Source: Octopus vulgaris (Eukaryota). Taken from it: 64,000 bases of DNA. How positions within the stretch are numbered: the first letter of the stretch is position 1; each line of letters starts with the position of its first letter. The stretch is taken from assembly GCA_951406725.2 (NCBI GenBank), contig OX597818.1, forward strand, positions 1,550,001 to 1,614,000. The letters run 5' to 3'. Under the pieces are notes generated by a model. It worked only from the letters and a program-made list of their open reading frames with translations, did no database searches and was not told where the DNA came from. Made by a program: the position numbers and the translations under genes. Positions 48,786-63,720 of the stretch are shown piece after piece.

Positions 48786-51700
48786 CGTAAGTATAACTTG
48801 CCATCATACTAAACAGCAAAAATCCTAGTATCTTTTTTCAATAGTTTTAGTGAAAATCCTCCCCTTGATCTTCATGAACTTCCTCTAAATTGACAGGGAA
48901 ACCGTCCAGATAGATGTGGAAGAAATTCACTTTAATACTCATATTACATACCAGCTTCTTGAAGGAGAAAAAGTATCTTATTTCCTAGATCCTCATAGTT
49001 TTCGGGTTTGTTGTTGCCTCAAAAATTTCCCACAATTCCTATGAGTGCTACCCAGGTATTTCTCTCAATAAGGTTAAGAAAACTCATAACTGATCTTTCA
49101 TTAATAATATGGACTTATGACTAAGTAATGAACGGCAGCTGTATGAGAATACTCTAGAGTTAATTAATGCTGTGGATGCATCATTAGCTAATTAACTGAA
49201 GCTGTACAAAGACACCATTGAGTTAAGAAATATTGTGAATCCATCACTATGTAGTTATCTGAAAGTATAAAAATGTCCTGTTTTATGTAACTGAATTATA
49301 TGTTAAAGTGCATTCCAGAAGAATGTAAATCTCTTGAATCAAAACACATTTTATTATTTCTTATTTTATTTTTATTTTTCCACTGCGTTTTTTTCTTTTT
49401 TGTTTAATAAATTGTAAATCTGGCAATGTTATATGAAAGTTATATCCCCACCTCTAATATTCAGGTCACACTTTTAATCGCCAATGTTTAATTACTGTTC
49501 TGACAATATTTAAGTACAAAATAATTTTTAAAAGAAGTATTATTTAAAGATAGCGGTGTTCTAAATGAAAGATTAAGTATATTTGGCAATCTTGGTGTTA
49601 TATGAAGTAAATCTAACCGCAAGCTTTTTGCTATGTGACATTCGAGTGATAAACGTTTGACATTGTTAGAAAATAATGAGATAACGTTTACACTGTCATC
49701 AATTTCACACATTGCCAGTCATACTGTAATGAGAATTACCCTCTTTTGATTTTTTGAAATGGTTGATGCTAACATTTGAAATGTTCATGTACTTTATCGC
49801 TGGAACAAATACGTTATTTCATATTATCTCATGACTTTTCAAATACTGCACATCATTTTTATTATTTAAAAATAGGTTATCATTGTTAATAAATTTATTT
49901 TTATGAATGTACAGTTCGCGTAAACCCTCTTTTGATTTCAATGAATTCTGAGATTACATTTTTTATTGTATGTATGATTGGGAATTGATGAGGGCTCTCT
50001 CAGTTCGTGAAGAAGTCGACAGATTCGAAAGCTCATGAATTTCCGTTATAGGTAATGTAATAGTAACAGTCTTCTAGTTCAGATACTTTCGTTCTTTTGT
50101 AATATTGACGTCATTGTAACAGCTGACTTCCACAACAGACCATTTTTTATTATTGTTTTGTGAAGCCAGATTATGCTATCAAACCGTTTTGTTATGTATA
50201 TATTTATATGTCTCATCTTTTATTTATTCTTCTTTAAGTTCCGACAATGAAGAACCAGCTGGTTCCTAACTAAAACAGAGAACTTCTTCATTGAATTTTA
50301 GATGGAAACAAATGTGTCAAATCAAAATCTAAACTTTAGAAAATACTTAACAATATTTTCTACTGAGTAAACTTCCCAAATATTGTTTAAACAATTTCAT
50401 AAATAAATCCAGCAAGGTTTACAATGACGTATTTGAATCTAGATTTAGAATTGATACATTCCAAAGCTATTATTCTTGTCAATATTCACTGGGTGTTAGA
50501 ATTAGATATTAGCATCACCAAAGTAGTTCAGTTCTTAGGCAAAAATACTTTCATTTTGACTGGCCCCCTTTGTTCAACACAATTCCACAAGACATCAGAG
50601 AACAAAAGCTATTTTCAAATTCTATCTGGAAAGATTTCTACAAACAATACTTGACAATGTTCTAACGAATTCTTTGTTTGGATTCTGTAGACATTTACGT
50701 TAAATACCCATTAAACAGGTATCGATATTGAATTAGATAGCCTGGCCCGTACAGGGTTATCAAGGTTTGTGTACTTCTAACTATTTTAATACAGATATTT
50801 ACATGGATCTACACGAATTCGGAAATTAACAGGGCGATTTAGAGATCTTTTAAACGTCCAACGTAACATTGGACCAATTTATTCTGCGAAACATTATTTC
50901 AATTCCTCTGAACTTAGCCGCCATCATTTCCCTGTCTGTGGTGCTATTCTACATGATGGATCAATTGCCTTCAAGAATCATCGCCAACACCAATGATTCG
51001 CTTCCCACCCACTATCTTTACAATACACGGGTATGAATAATCGGTTGTGTTTCATGTTATAACAATGGCTATATTCACCGATTATGCTACATACACATCC
51101 CCACACATACACGCGCGCGCGTATGCACACTGTTACATCTCATCACACCACTACACAGCAATACACATTACACGCACGCATTTACACTAATTCGTTCCAT
51201 TTTGGGTGGGTGGGGTCTCCTATAATTCCTCTCTCGAGAATCACAGTCCCAAACTCCTCAATTTCTTTCTTACACTATAAAATGAATTATTTTGTATGCA
51301 TGTTAAGTATTTTTGTCTTATTGTTTTTGTTTTTGTTCGTGAAATCTGATTGGATAGACTTAAAGAAGGTGATAGTGAGCATGCTTCTTCCTGTCTATAC
51401 AGAAGCTGGATGAGGTCGCATAAGTGATCCACCATTAGACAGGCATCAGGCATGCTCGCTTTTTAAATGTATAATCCAAAAATCGTTTGAGTGCAGGCTA
51501 AATATATACTTTATAGAGAATAAAATATGCCCTTTGTCCTGCAATGTGTTACGTAATTTTTTTCAATCTGAAGAAAGAATATTTGGTCACTCTGTCAAAG
51601 TTGAAAGTATCATAGCACGTTAACTCTCAAACGCTGTATCTATAGAATTCATTGACTGGAGTAGGGAAAACAGAAATCCTTTGATGTGGATGCTTTCTGC

Positions 51701-54533
51701 TTTTAGAAAGCTATTTTCCACATTCTATCATAAGGTGAATAATTTTTCTTGGCCAAATTCCATCTTTGTATCAATTACAAATTTACTTATTAAGTCCAGC
51801 TGTGTACCAAGCTGTTGATATTCCCAGTGCAGATTTGGGTTTATAAAAGGAATAACTGAAAGTGCCAAAATAAATAGAGGATCAGAGAGAGACCATCTTC
51901 TTTGACTGTTTGTTTTGGGAGATCAGAAACAATCGTTGTAATTTCCTTTTCAAGTGTAATGAAGGCTGACATGTTCCATGAGAACTTCCTTTCAAACGTA
52001 GCAATCAGACCGACAAGTACTTTAAAACATATTTATTGATTCCATCAGCAATGATGGAGAATCAGAATCTATTAATGAGAAAACAATCACTGCATGTTTT
52101 AAAAGCAAATTGTATCGCTATCTAAATCAATTAAAAATAATTAAGCATGCCACTACTCCCTTCTTTCTACCTATAATGCATTGATTTTCATTCTTATGTA
52201 ACTTAGCACATCCTTTCACCGTTTTACAAATGAACCCTTCCAATGTTTTGTACAAGTTAAAAAAACAGAAGCAGATTATTTTATCCAAATAAGAGTTAAT
52301 TTTGTACGGTGCTTTATCATACCGTCCGGTATTTACCTACTATTAGATATTTACATGAACTAGTGCCTCCTATGTCAAATTTGTAAATGGTTTAAGTATT
52401 TTATTTCTAAGAAAAAATACGATCCTCTAAACACTCAGCCCCCACCCCGTAATGACCCTGACATATGCCCCCGCTTGTAAACTCACTATGCTTCCAAGGT
52501 TGTTCTACCCAAGTTAAGTGCCACTGTCCACTTTGCTAAATAAGAAATTCTCTTATGAAATTAGTTTAAATCTACCATACCGAGTATAGTACATTATATT
52601 AGATAAAAATAAATATATAAACTTGTCATTACTTCTACTTCCATATATTGGTGAAACAGAGACATTTTTGTTTTTATTCGTATTCTTCCTTATTGCACTG
52701 CCTTCATTTCCCACCAGACCATCGTTAGGTCTGTGTGTGTTTCACATAAAGGGCAAGGTGATACATTGGGCTTATATGCCACTGGATGATAGCACTTATT
52801 GTTAAGACAATTAAATATGGAATTTTATTGTTTAGGATATGGAATCGTTATCTTTGAAACTAAGAATAATTACATTGAAAAACTGAAAAAGTTTACAACA
52901 AATAGCAGAAAACGTAATAAGATCAATTTATACATTTTCCAGTACACTCTTTCTCACTTGTAAACTCACCAAAACTCCAAATCATCATTAGAAATATTGA
53001 TAAAGATGATATTCAATAAAGTTAACAAATTGCTAACAAAAATAGGAAAGTTAATTCTTGGGTACAAATCAACCTCAGTTAATACTAAACAGGTAACGTA
53101 GACTCTACTCCGACTAAGTGTTTGCTAGCTATCAAGATCTCATATTTGAGGGACTAATTTTGAACCCAGTTCTTTAAACGAAACTCCCCACTATTTGGTA
53201 TTAGGGTTGATCAAATTATCGCCCCATTAAGGGTTACTCTTCGACACCGAGTCAATTTTAAAATGGCAAATCCTGAAATATTTGAATCTAAAGCACAAGA
53301 AGGTGACAAACTTGTAGAGCTAGGTTACCAATTGTGGATTTACAACGGAAATCTCTGAGTTTTATAAAAACAACTATATTAACTAATGTTTGAGATTAAT
53401 TCGTTTTCTAAGAATAAATCTTGGGGAATACCGTGTGGATTACCTCTCAATTCAGCGTCAATCCTGGAAATCTGTAACAGAGTCTAAAACTATGCATAAA
53501 AATTCTGTATGCGAAGATCTTGAAACTGGTAACATTAATCTAAAAATAGAAAATCAATAGGTTTTAAGAAAATCTTCACGGAGGCGCTAAACTATTTTAG
53601 ATCTGCAAAAATGTGACTTTTCAAATTCTTTAACAGCTGTCTTGAATTGTGAAGGAAGCACAGCTGTCTGTTATCTGAAACTACACTAATGTCCAGTAAA
53701 AGTAATGAACTTTCGACAGATTTCTCGTCTTTGTTACACTTAAAAGCATATCTATGTCACACAGTGAAGGATCCACCATATAACCACAGCGAAGGAGCCA
53801 CTTGCTTTGAATAATAAACAAATTCTTCTTTAAATCACAGCTTAACACTTAAAAAATCGAAGGACTGAAGTCTAAGGATCTAATTGTCTTAAAAAGACAG
53901 GATGATGATGGCTGGAATACTTTCGATTATAGGTTTGCTTTAACAGATTGACTTAGGGCAGGTCATAATCATCATCGTCATCATCATCGACAACAACAGC
54001 CGTAGCAGCAACAACAATAAACTGGATTCCACGCTGAAGATTCGATTACAATCCAACTGTTTAATCTCACCCAAGATGTAGTGGATGGTTTTGAACGAAA
54101 TAAAAAAAGGAGCAATTTTTTTTCTTTTGTTAATGTTGCTGATTACCCTGGGTCTCAACTTACGCTTAATCACCGCTTATTGTTAAAATAGATATAGCAT
54201 CTAACAAATGGCATAGATCTCACATGGCTCATTAGTATTATGGTAGCAAGTAGACACTTCTTTTTGAAGTTCAATAATAAGAAACGCACACGAAACGGTC
54301 TACCTCAGTGCAGAGTGCCGATTCCATTGCTATATGAATATCCATACAAATAATCAACCGAAAGATTATAATGACAAATATTTGTACACAGCGTGCCAAA
54401 AGGGGAATTTCAATGACATTGTAACATACCCGGTGTTGCTTTGAACAGTCTTAGTTATTACTACTAAAAGACAATAATTTAATTGCAAATGCCGAGAAAA
54501 GTTTCTATGTTTCTTTCAGTAATTTCTTTCTCT

Positions 54534-54735
54534 AAGGCGGCGAGCTGGCAGAAACGTTAGAACGCTGGGCAAAATGCTTAGCAGTATTTCGTTCTGAGTT
54601 CAAATTCCGCCGAGGTCGACTTTGCCTTTCATCCTTTCGGGATCGATAAATTAAGTATCAGTTGCGTACTGGGGTCGATCCAATCGACTGGTCCCTTCCC
54701 CCAAATTTCGGGCCTTGTGCCAAGAGTAGAAAAGT
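54534..54735 (+). mobile_element. tRNA-derived SINE of a third family (MetaSINE-like core)
   Basis: ggcggcgagctggcagaa...gagttcaaattcc, core gcctttcatcctttcgggatcgataaattaagta. Decayed relatives at ~36780-36900, ~44985-45270 and 61840-62235. Confidence 0.75.
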
Positions 54736-56759
54736 ACTTTCTTTCTCTTTCGCAAATCTCAGAATTTTCACAATTCAAATTTATTACAGACAATATGTCA
54801 TCAGTGTAATTTTGGCAAGTGTCTTCTGTCAGCTCCACTGCTCACTGTTAAGTTTGTAATGCCATTCACCATAAAATATGACTGCTATTATCAGAAAAGA
54901 ACCTGCTGCTCTTAGGCATTGGCTTTCATGTCCAGAAGAATCAATGGGAATCTTGGAAGTGAGAGTCACCTGTCTTCGAAAGTTTTCAAATCCTGCCTAA
55001 CCTGGGACTTGGTTCCTGACGTTGATATTAGTAGGATTTAGATGAGATTGGACTAGATTGATGACGGGTAATTTTCCGCAGGAATGCTTTGGTTAAGTTG
55101 AGGAATGCTGGCACGACTTGGAGTGATAACGTTTAAAAACGTCCTCGAAAATCCTTGGCATCAGATGTAGAATGTTGGATCAGATCAAAAGAACAACTGA
55201 AATTTTTTTAAGCATTTGGGGAATAATAGCCACCACATTTCTTCATACGTTCTTTCAACGATGAACACATTTCTCTCAATTCTTTCGGTGTGTGAACAGC
55301 AGTTTTAAGTTCATCCAGGTTTTCGAATTGATAAAAGCAGTTTCCATTTTCTCTGGGAATTCTCCTTCATCAGTAATCTATTAGCTTTCACTGTTTTTAA
55401 CATATTAGTGAAAATATGCTGTATATCTACTTATTTCAAGGAGTTGCTGCTCCATGTAAAAGTGCTAAATGTGCTATAAATTACAACTGTAATCAAGTGG
55501 TCAAGCATTAATAAATAATATTCTTATAATAAGAATAATATTTATTAATAAGAATCTTAGTGTAAGAGAAAATTTTCTTCACCGACTTCATTGCCACTTA
55601 AAATTCAGATTTTTAAATCAGGGACACATTACGTATGCGCAAACACACACACACACACACACACGAACACACACACGGACACAAACACACACAAACGCAC
55701 ACACGCACACAAACACACACATTACATAAAATGTATAATATACATACATATACACAGATATATCTTATAAATATGAATATATGCGTACGTAGTTGTATAT
55801 AATACACACCACATATATATATACGCGGGCAATTTTTCAAAAGCAGCTTCCTCCTATAAAGTTATATATTTAAAATTGTTCTCCCTCCGCTAAGTAGAAG
55901 TTTCCATTCGCAATCATGATTAAGTTAATTTTCTCATTATATTACAGTTTCGGGGCATACAGTTGAACAGTTTCTCAGAAAACTTGCATAGTGTGATAAT
56001 TTACGATGTGACATTTGGTTGGGTACACACCTTAATGTTAAACTGAAAATAGGAAGAAAAAAAAACACGAATCCGCTCGTTTAACGACAACACTGGTGCT
56101 GATATTGATGACAGTTTATTTAACATATAAGTGTTTTCCTTCTCTTGGGACTTTAATATTTCGTTTGTATTAACCTTTTAATAATTCATGATTATATTTA
56201 ACTCACATCAAATAATTACTGCTTCCCTTCATATAATTCACGTTTTCTCTTCATGTCCTCTACATCAGAGAGTCGTAGACATGGAATTGTGTCAATTCGT
56301 ACACAGCCTATTGAACTAAAGCCAAACTGAAGCAAGAACAATGAAAATATGCCTTTAAAGGATAATTATTTGAGCGATACACGACACACAGACCAATTGA
56401 ACGGTTTAGTTTTCTCAAAATAAATATTCCTTACTTGTGAAATAGAAATGCGTATTATTTAAATCTGTAAATATATGATGCATTTGTGGAGAATCTACAC
56501 GCTCACTCACCTATCAGAAATAGCAGTCAAATATCTCTCAAATCCCGCCCTGCTGTCTTAGAAAGGATGGAAATAACAGATAATGTGATCCTAGGTAGAC
56601 TGTGTTATGAAAAATACAGAATAAGAGTGGCTGTCAAGCCTTTCAGCATATGTTTTTTTCTGTCAGAATAGACATAGGGCTAAAAGATATTAAATATGTT
56701 GTTAATATGTTGGTTAATAAGATTATAATTTTTCGAACTTTTAAATAGGGATAACTTTT

Positions 56760-57300
56760 GAATATTGACATCTATACTGTCGGTGTTTTAAAGCCTGCAA
56801 GAAAAGTTCTGGTGGTCAGGGAGTTCGTTCTAGCAGACCATCACATCAAGTACCGACAAGGTGCTTGGATACTGGGAGGGAGACATTTAGGAGCAATAAA
56901 TATCTGCTGTTTCGTGGAACATGATCAACAGGAGAAAATAAGTAAAATCAAAAGAGAACAATGGAATGACGCACACACATGGAAACAACATTACAGTGTA
57001 TGCAGACGCCTGAATGGGCACGTAAAGACGGATCGCAAGGAGGAACAGGAAGGCGTGGCAGAATGAAACAGGTAAGAAAAAGGAAGAAACACTTGAGAAA
57101 AATAATGCTGCATGTCTATATTGAAGTGTGCGGTGAATGGACTGGAAAAAGCAAGAAGTGGTTCTTGAGTGATGATGGTCGGCCATCAGTAATAAGTGAA
57201 GGTCAATCAACTCAATGGGAAGAAGTTCAGAACAAGTTTAGAACTGCTTGAGAATGGAGAAAATTACATCACAAGTGTTGGAACGTCTTTAATAATTATA
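56760..57300 (+). pseudogene. Very decayed LINE fragment, possibly R4/Dong-like
   Basis: Remnants LGGRHLGAINICCFVEH and RKKHLRKIMLH...KWFL. Confidence 0.3.
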
Positions 57301-58009
57301 TGGCACTCTGGTGTTAGTTAAGATGTATGCTAGGAAATATTAAAGAAATAACTGATGTAATGCTACATCACCAAACACTAACATGGGTTTTCTAGCAAAG
57401 AATAAATCTAGGAATATCATTGGCTACGTTGGACATCTTTGAGATGTAAAAGGAAGTAAATGAATTAGGCGTTAATTAGTTAACATTGAAAGAAAGATAG
57501 CAAATGTATTTGTGTATAGCATGAGAGCACTTAAACATAAATTGATGGCTCTTCAATAGAAATGTTTAAGACAATTGCAACAAGAGATGGAAGGGAAAAA
57601 CATTTAATGAGAAAAAATGCTTGACATCACTCTCTATAGAAATGATATCCGCCATGTTACCACCGACATTGACCCGTGCTCCATCCCATCGTGAAATGAT
57701 TTAATTATCAATACAAAGTGATACAGACAACAAAGTTTGCCGAATATTTTCCACAGAGAGGTCCTCTTCACATTATCGAAGACTGGTTGAATCAATGAAA
57801 ACTCGCACAAAATTAATACTTCTGCATTTATGTATGAAAATGGTATCCATTGTTCCTCTAACAGAACGGAATCCACATTGAGATTCAGATAGGACGTCAT
57901 TTACAAGCTATTTCCTAAGACGGGCAAAACGAATACAAATATATGTATGTGCATACATGTGTGTGTGTATGTATATATAATATGTGTGTGTGTGTATTTG
58001 TGTGTGTAT

Positions 58010-58810
58010 ATATATATAATAAAAATGAACGTCTGTGTGTGTGAGTGTGAGTGTGTATGTGTGTGTCCATCTATAACAAGAAAGGCTACAGCATCTATAT
58101 AAAAACTAAAAGCTAATTCTTGTATAAGATTTTACGCCGACGACAATGAAAGTTGTCCCATATCTCTAGCAGCCCTCCGAAGGGAGCTACTGGCCCTTTT
58201 CCAACATGTACATATCACAGTTTCAAAATTAACGAAGGGTCTAAGGGATATAACTAAATAAAATTCAGACCCAATGAAAGTTTTGCCAGGAAATGAACAT
58301 ACTTACAAATCTATAAACTCTGTTGTTGATGAATCCGAAATTGTCAATTAGCCCGTTAACTTCTTAAACTCACTAATGTCACAAGGAGCTCCTCCTCATT
58401 GCCTTCTATTGAATATAGGCGTTCCAACTATGTCTCTGATGAACTTTTCTCAACCAAAGCTGTGCAATGGCGCAAGGTTTGTGAAGAAATTAATGGGAAA
58501 TGTCATAGAGGACACAATAATTTCTTTCTGTGGAAAAGGCGAGGATGTTTTTATTCCTCCCTTACATTTAATACCTTCCAATATGCCCTTTCAATTCAAA
58601 CTTTCACTTTCCAATACGTCTGTCTTTTGCGATGTCCATTAATAAGTCCCAGCATCAAACTTTGAAAGTTACTGCTTTGCAATTAGCGGCAGACTGTTTT
58701 TCACACAGTTGTTTATATGTTGGGGCTCCAGAGTGGGGAGCAAGGACAATTTTTTCATTTTCACTCCTACTGTTTAAACCCGAAACTTTGTCTATAAGGA
58801 AATTTTAAGC
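58010..58810 (+). mobile_element. Helitron remnant with PIF1-type helicase C-terminal fragment
   Basis: [14 protein letters not shown]...[19 protein letters not shown]...GKGEDVFIP...PFQFK...[15 protein letters not shown], preceded by a Helitron-like TATAATAAAAATGAACGTCTGTGTG leader. Confidence 0.85.
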
Positions 58811-59039
58811 ATGGGATCAACAAACTAAAATTTGCAGAATGAATAACTTTGAATTGATATTATAAACGTCACACTATATTCGTCTAACAAAAGCTATTTG
58901 TATTTTTGTTTGTTGTAATACTTAAGTTCAATTAATTATAGTACATATATTTTTAGCTTTTCCCGAACTTATATTTAGTTATCTTGTACTAGACATAAAC
59001 CAAAGTCCGTGTGATGTTTGCTTTATTTATAGACTGAAA

Positions 59040-59775
59040 TACTAAAGATCATAGATCAGAAGTTTATATGCACAAACCTGTAGAATTCTTTACTGCTAAA
59101 GAAGCTGAACAGGAGGCAGTAAGAATTAATTACATCAACACCGAAGAAAAGGATGTATGCAAGCAATAGATGATATAGACGAAAATTCAGCTGCTGGTTC
59201 TGATGGTTTCCTAGTAATCCTCTTCAAGTAATGCAAATGAATTATTGCAAAACTATTGCAGCTACTTTTTCAGAGCTTCCTCGCAAATCGTAAGCTCCCG
59301 AACAAACTAAAGGAGGGAATAGTATGACCAATCCATAAAGGAGGAAGCAAGAGCAGATGCTAAAAACTATAGGCCTATCTCTCTGACCTCACACATTAGC
59401 AAAATCATGGAACGAATAGTCCGAAGGAAATTAATTGCATTCCTTGACTGGTTTTCAACTAGATACAGCATGGTTTTCAACCAGGTACAAGCTGCCTGAC
59501 ACAGCTCTTGCAACATTATGACTAGGTGCTAAAGCTCAACAACTCAAATGTGAACGTGATATACCTTGACTTTGCAAAAACCTTTGACAAAGTAAACCAT
59601 GGTATGATTTGTCACAAGCTCCGAACTCTTTGCATATTTGGAAAACTTGGAAAATGGCTACATGACTTTGTAAAAGATAGAAGTAGGTAGTGGTGTCAAG
59701 AAAACACAAATAATGAGTGGTGTTACACAGGGTACTGTCCTGGGGTCACTGCTATTCATAGTTGGTCTCATGTTC
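59040..59775 (+). pseudogene. CR1-type LINE reverse transcriptase fragment
   Basis: SAAGSDGF, NYRPISLTSHISKIMERIV, QHGF...SCLTQLL, VIYLDFAKTFDKVNH, SGVTQGTVLGSLLF. Confidence 0.88.
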
Positions 59776-59852
59776 AATACAATCTAAGTGAATAATTTTC
59801 AATATTTAGCAGCTTTTTTCAACCCAGTTGATGACGTGTGTTTCTGCTAGTG

Positions 59853-59908
<56 letters not shown>

Positions 59909-59941
59909 ATATGTGTATATATATACACATATATATATATA

Positions 59942-60164
59942 TTCTTTTATTCTTGTATTTGTTTCAGTCATTTGACTGTGGCCATGCTGGAGCACCACCT
60001 TTAGTCGAACAAATCGACTCCAGGACTTATTCTTTGTAAACTTAGAACTTATTCTATCGTTCGCTTTTTGCCGAACCGCTAAATTATGGGGACGTAAACA
60101 CACCAACATCGGCTGTCAAGTGATGGTGCCCGGGACAAACACAGACACACAAACGCACACACAT

Positions 60165-60195
<31 letters not shown>

Positions 60196-60196
60196 C

Positions 60197-60264
<68 letters not shown>

Positions 60265-60979
60265 GTATATATATATATGTATATATATATATATACAAGT
60301 AATAAGAGAGAGACCACATGTGGTCACTCTAACGCTAGAAATAGATCCGCAAATGGAATCCACCACTAAAGAATTGTTCTCAAGCATTAATTCAACACGC
60401 CAAGAATGTAAGCGGGCAGGACAAATGAAAAATAACGAAAAGATAGATTAACTCTATACAATTGTTTCATCGTTAATAGATTGAGTAATTTTACTTACAT
60501 AATCATTTTCGAATCCTCAGTAGAGTATATCAAAAATATAATTTGCTGAACCGAACGCCAAAATCCATACGAAGCCGAGCAAAGGCGAACGGCACAGCCG
60601 ATTATATTTGCAGTTACGTCCAAATATCCTCACTCTCGGCGCGCTGAAAATACCGGATGTAAATACTACACCAGTAATTCACTGCCGGTTTGAGAACATA
60701 TTAATTTATAATTAAAATCACAATAAGGGTGAAAAAAATTGAATATTAATTAATAACATCAATTTAAAACACCAAGTGACCAAGCGAAAAAAACTGGGAT
60801 TTTTCATTTGTCCTGCCCGTTTACATTCTTGGCGTGTTGAATTAATGCTTGAGAACAATTCTTTAGTGGTGGATTCCCTTTGCGGATCTATTTCTAGCGT
60901 TAGAGTGACTACATGTGGTATCTCTCTGTTTTAAATTGATGTTATTAATTAATATTCAATTTTTTTCACCCTTATTGTG

Positions 60980-61065
<86 letters not shown>

Positions 61066-61218
61066 GACGGGCTTCTTTCAGTTTCTGTCTACCAAATCCA
61101 CTCACAAAACATTGGTCGGCCCGAGGCTATAGTAAAAGACACTTGCCCAAGGTTGCAACACAGTGGGAATGAACCCGGAACCATGTGGTTGGTAAGCAAG
61201 CTACTTACCACACAGCCA
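59942..61218 (-). mobile_element. SINE split in two by a nested insertion
   Basis: Tail half at 59942-60165 and head half at 61065-61218, in the same orientation and collinear with intact copies. Confidence 0.8.
60293..60983. repeat. PLE-type terminal repeat with inverted partial copy (family of 18885-20245)
   Basis: Long matches to 19375-19990; 60801-60930 is inverted against 60305-60432; HHR-like core on minus at 60498-60522. Confidence 0.8.
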
Positions 61219-61839
61219 TATGTATGTGTGTGTAGAGAGAGAGGGAAAGAGGGAGAGAGAGAGAGAGGTGAGTGAGGAAGATAGATCAATCGATAGATAG
61301 ATATACTTAGACATGGCAGCAACTGTAGTGAAATACTGACGCCATTATAGTCAAAACACTACAAAACACTTTTATTATTGTAATAAGTATTCAAACGTGA
61401 CAGCGAATTGACAGAGCCACTCAAGCCTTGGAGGTGATTACTTGCAGTGTTTACTTTGTCTCTTTCTTTTGTGAGTTTAAATGTCACCGTGACCTACTTG
61501 GTTAGGAGACATAATCCGTCGCCCAGTTAAATATACCCACGAGTTCTTTGAGTTTCTAAGCGGAAACCTCCCTGTTGAAAGCATTTGGGACAGGTTTCTA
61601 GTTTAAAGATACGCTCCTTTATCCCTCCACCAGTCTCAGAAACTTCATAAAAGGTCATGAGTGACTTTCCTTCCGACTAAGAGGTAAAAATATCCATAAA
61701 ACCGTTTGTTTTTCACCAGGCATTGTACCAACTCTCAAACAGATATATAGTTGGTCTAAGTGATTAGGCAATATATATATATTTGATCGAACTGTTGAGG
61801 CAAGATATAAATGGCACAAGTTTAGATGGCTGGTTTAAT

Positions 61840-62235
61840 CAATTACATCGATCTCAGTGTTCAACTGGTACTTTTTTTATCGATCCCGAAAGAATAAACG
61901 GCATCGTAAACCTTGGCGGAATTTGAACTCTGAACATAAAGCCAGAAGAAATGCCTCTAATCATTTTGTCTGGCGTGTTAACGATTCTGCCAGCTTGCCG
62001 CCTTAATTTACTGATAATAATGTGTTTCAAATTTTGGCACAAGGCCAGCAAGTTTGGGGGAAGAGGTAAGTCGATTACATAGATCCAATTTCTCAATTGA
62101 TACTTATTTTATCGACCCCGAAAAGATGAAAGGAAAAATCGACCTCGGACACATTCGATCTCAGAACGCAACGACGGACGAAATGCCGCTAAGCAATTTG
62201 TCCAGCGATCTAATGGTTCAGCCAGCTTGCTGTCT
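61840..62235 (-). mobile_element. Two adjacent MetaSINE-like copies (family of 54534-54735)
   Basis: ttatcgatcccgaaagaataaacggc...ggcggaatttgaactc and ttatcgaccccgaaaagatgaaagg...acattcgatctc. Confidence 0.7.
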
Positions 62236-63322
62236 TATTCATAGTATGTCATAAATATTAGTAGCATTGCTGAATTAAATATAGAATTAGATCTTTGTTC
62301 TAAGAATGAATTTAAATCAAATAATAGTTGCCATATACACGTGGGTTCCATATTTTTATATTATTAATTGCAATATTTTGTTAAAATAATTGTTAGTCTA
62401 TGAAATATTTACCAACAGACAACGAAAAAGAGAGTCGTCTCTATAGTTATCTATTATGAACAATAATATTTTATGCTTTAGCAAGTTGCCATGGTTTATA
62501 TTAAAATTTGCTTGTAGTTCGCATGTGGTAAATGTGCACACAGTATGTGTACACAAAACCAAATATGTAGCTGTGTATATATTGTTGTATAAGATAGAGT
62601 CATATAACTGCGGGACTTATCGCACCGTTCTGAATGTAGGCACGCAATGAGAACTTAGAGAAAAGGCAAATTATAAACTGGTCTTGACCTGAATGAGAAA
62701 AGTTGATTCAGTTGTTGTCTGTTGCGGTGACCCACAATAGAGGCATAAACGAGACCTACATTTCCTTGTCATTTTAAAACAGTTAATTGATAAAGTTTTT
62801 ATAAAGTGTGATAAAAGTAGGAAAATATCGAAGTTTTCCACGTTATTATTTTAAGAAATAAAATGATGTAGGAATATAATCTTCATAAATAAAAGTCTAA
62901 AATAATCTGTGTTTTGGTAAAAATCTAATGTTTTACAGTTCTATATTTAAGAGATGACGAATTATGTACATTATTTACAATATCAGTCAAATGTAAATAA
63001 TGTATCTAATGTTTTGTCTAGAACGATAACATTTGTTTTTCATACCCATAATATTGATTATCGACATGTGTCAATGCGAAATTAGTGATGTACATTAGTG
63101 TCTAATTTAATTGTATTCTATTAGACAGTAAATAATCTAAATGATGTAGTTAAGGTCCATATATGGAAAGATGTCTGTATTATCTGTACAGCTTGACGTT
63201 CATTGTGACTCTATAATAACCAAACAGGAGATGGAATTAATTCTCCTCATCTTCTTGTTTATCACATAATGATATATTTAATTACTTCTTCCAATCACCT
63301 GCATCAGCCGCCGCCATATTAC

Positions 63323-63720
63323 AATTAATGAGTCAGATGTAATTAGTAAATTAGAAATAGTTAACGAGTGAAATAGTAGTTAATGAACTACACCTAATTC
63401 ACTAACTACACCTAGCTCATTAACTACTATTTCTCTAGTTAACTATTTCTAATTTACTAATTACATCTAACTCATCATTTAACTATTTTTTCACTAATTA
63501 AGTGTACCTAATTCGCTAAACACACCTAGCTCACTAATTAACTATTATTTCACTAATTAACCACACCTAACCCACTAATTAATTACAATTACTCCACAAA
63601 TTAACTACGGCTAATTCACTAATTTATCACACATAGATCACTAATCAAATGCAATTAGTTTACCAATTAATAACAACTAGATCGCTGCTTAACTACGATT
63701 AGTTCACTAATTAATTTGAT
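63323..63720. repeat. Degenerate AT-rich minisatellite (cactaattaactacacctag-like) with an inverted leading block
   Basis: Recurring cactaattaac units; 63323-63389 is the reverse complement of ~63414-63480. Confidence 0.8.

Noticed and set aside
50003-50040. Hammerhead-like GTGAAGA AGTC...GATTC GAAA GC TC
   Set aside because: The core 3-8 pair is broken and stem I needs a register shift; chance cannot be excluded.
50600-55350. Scattered L1-like RT and ORF1 remnants
   Set aside because: Only isolated, weak motif echoes; family and boundaries cannot be supported.
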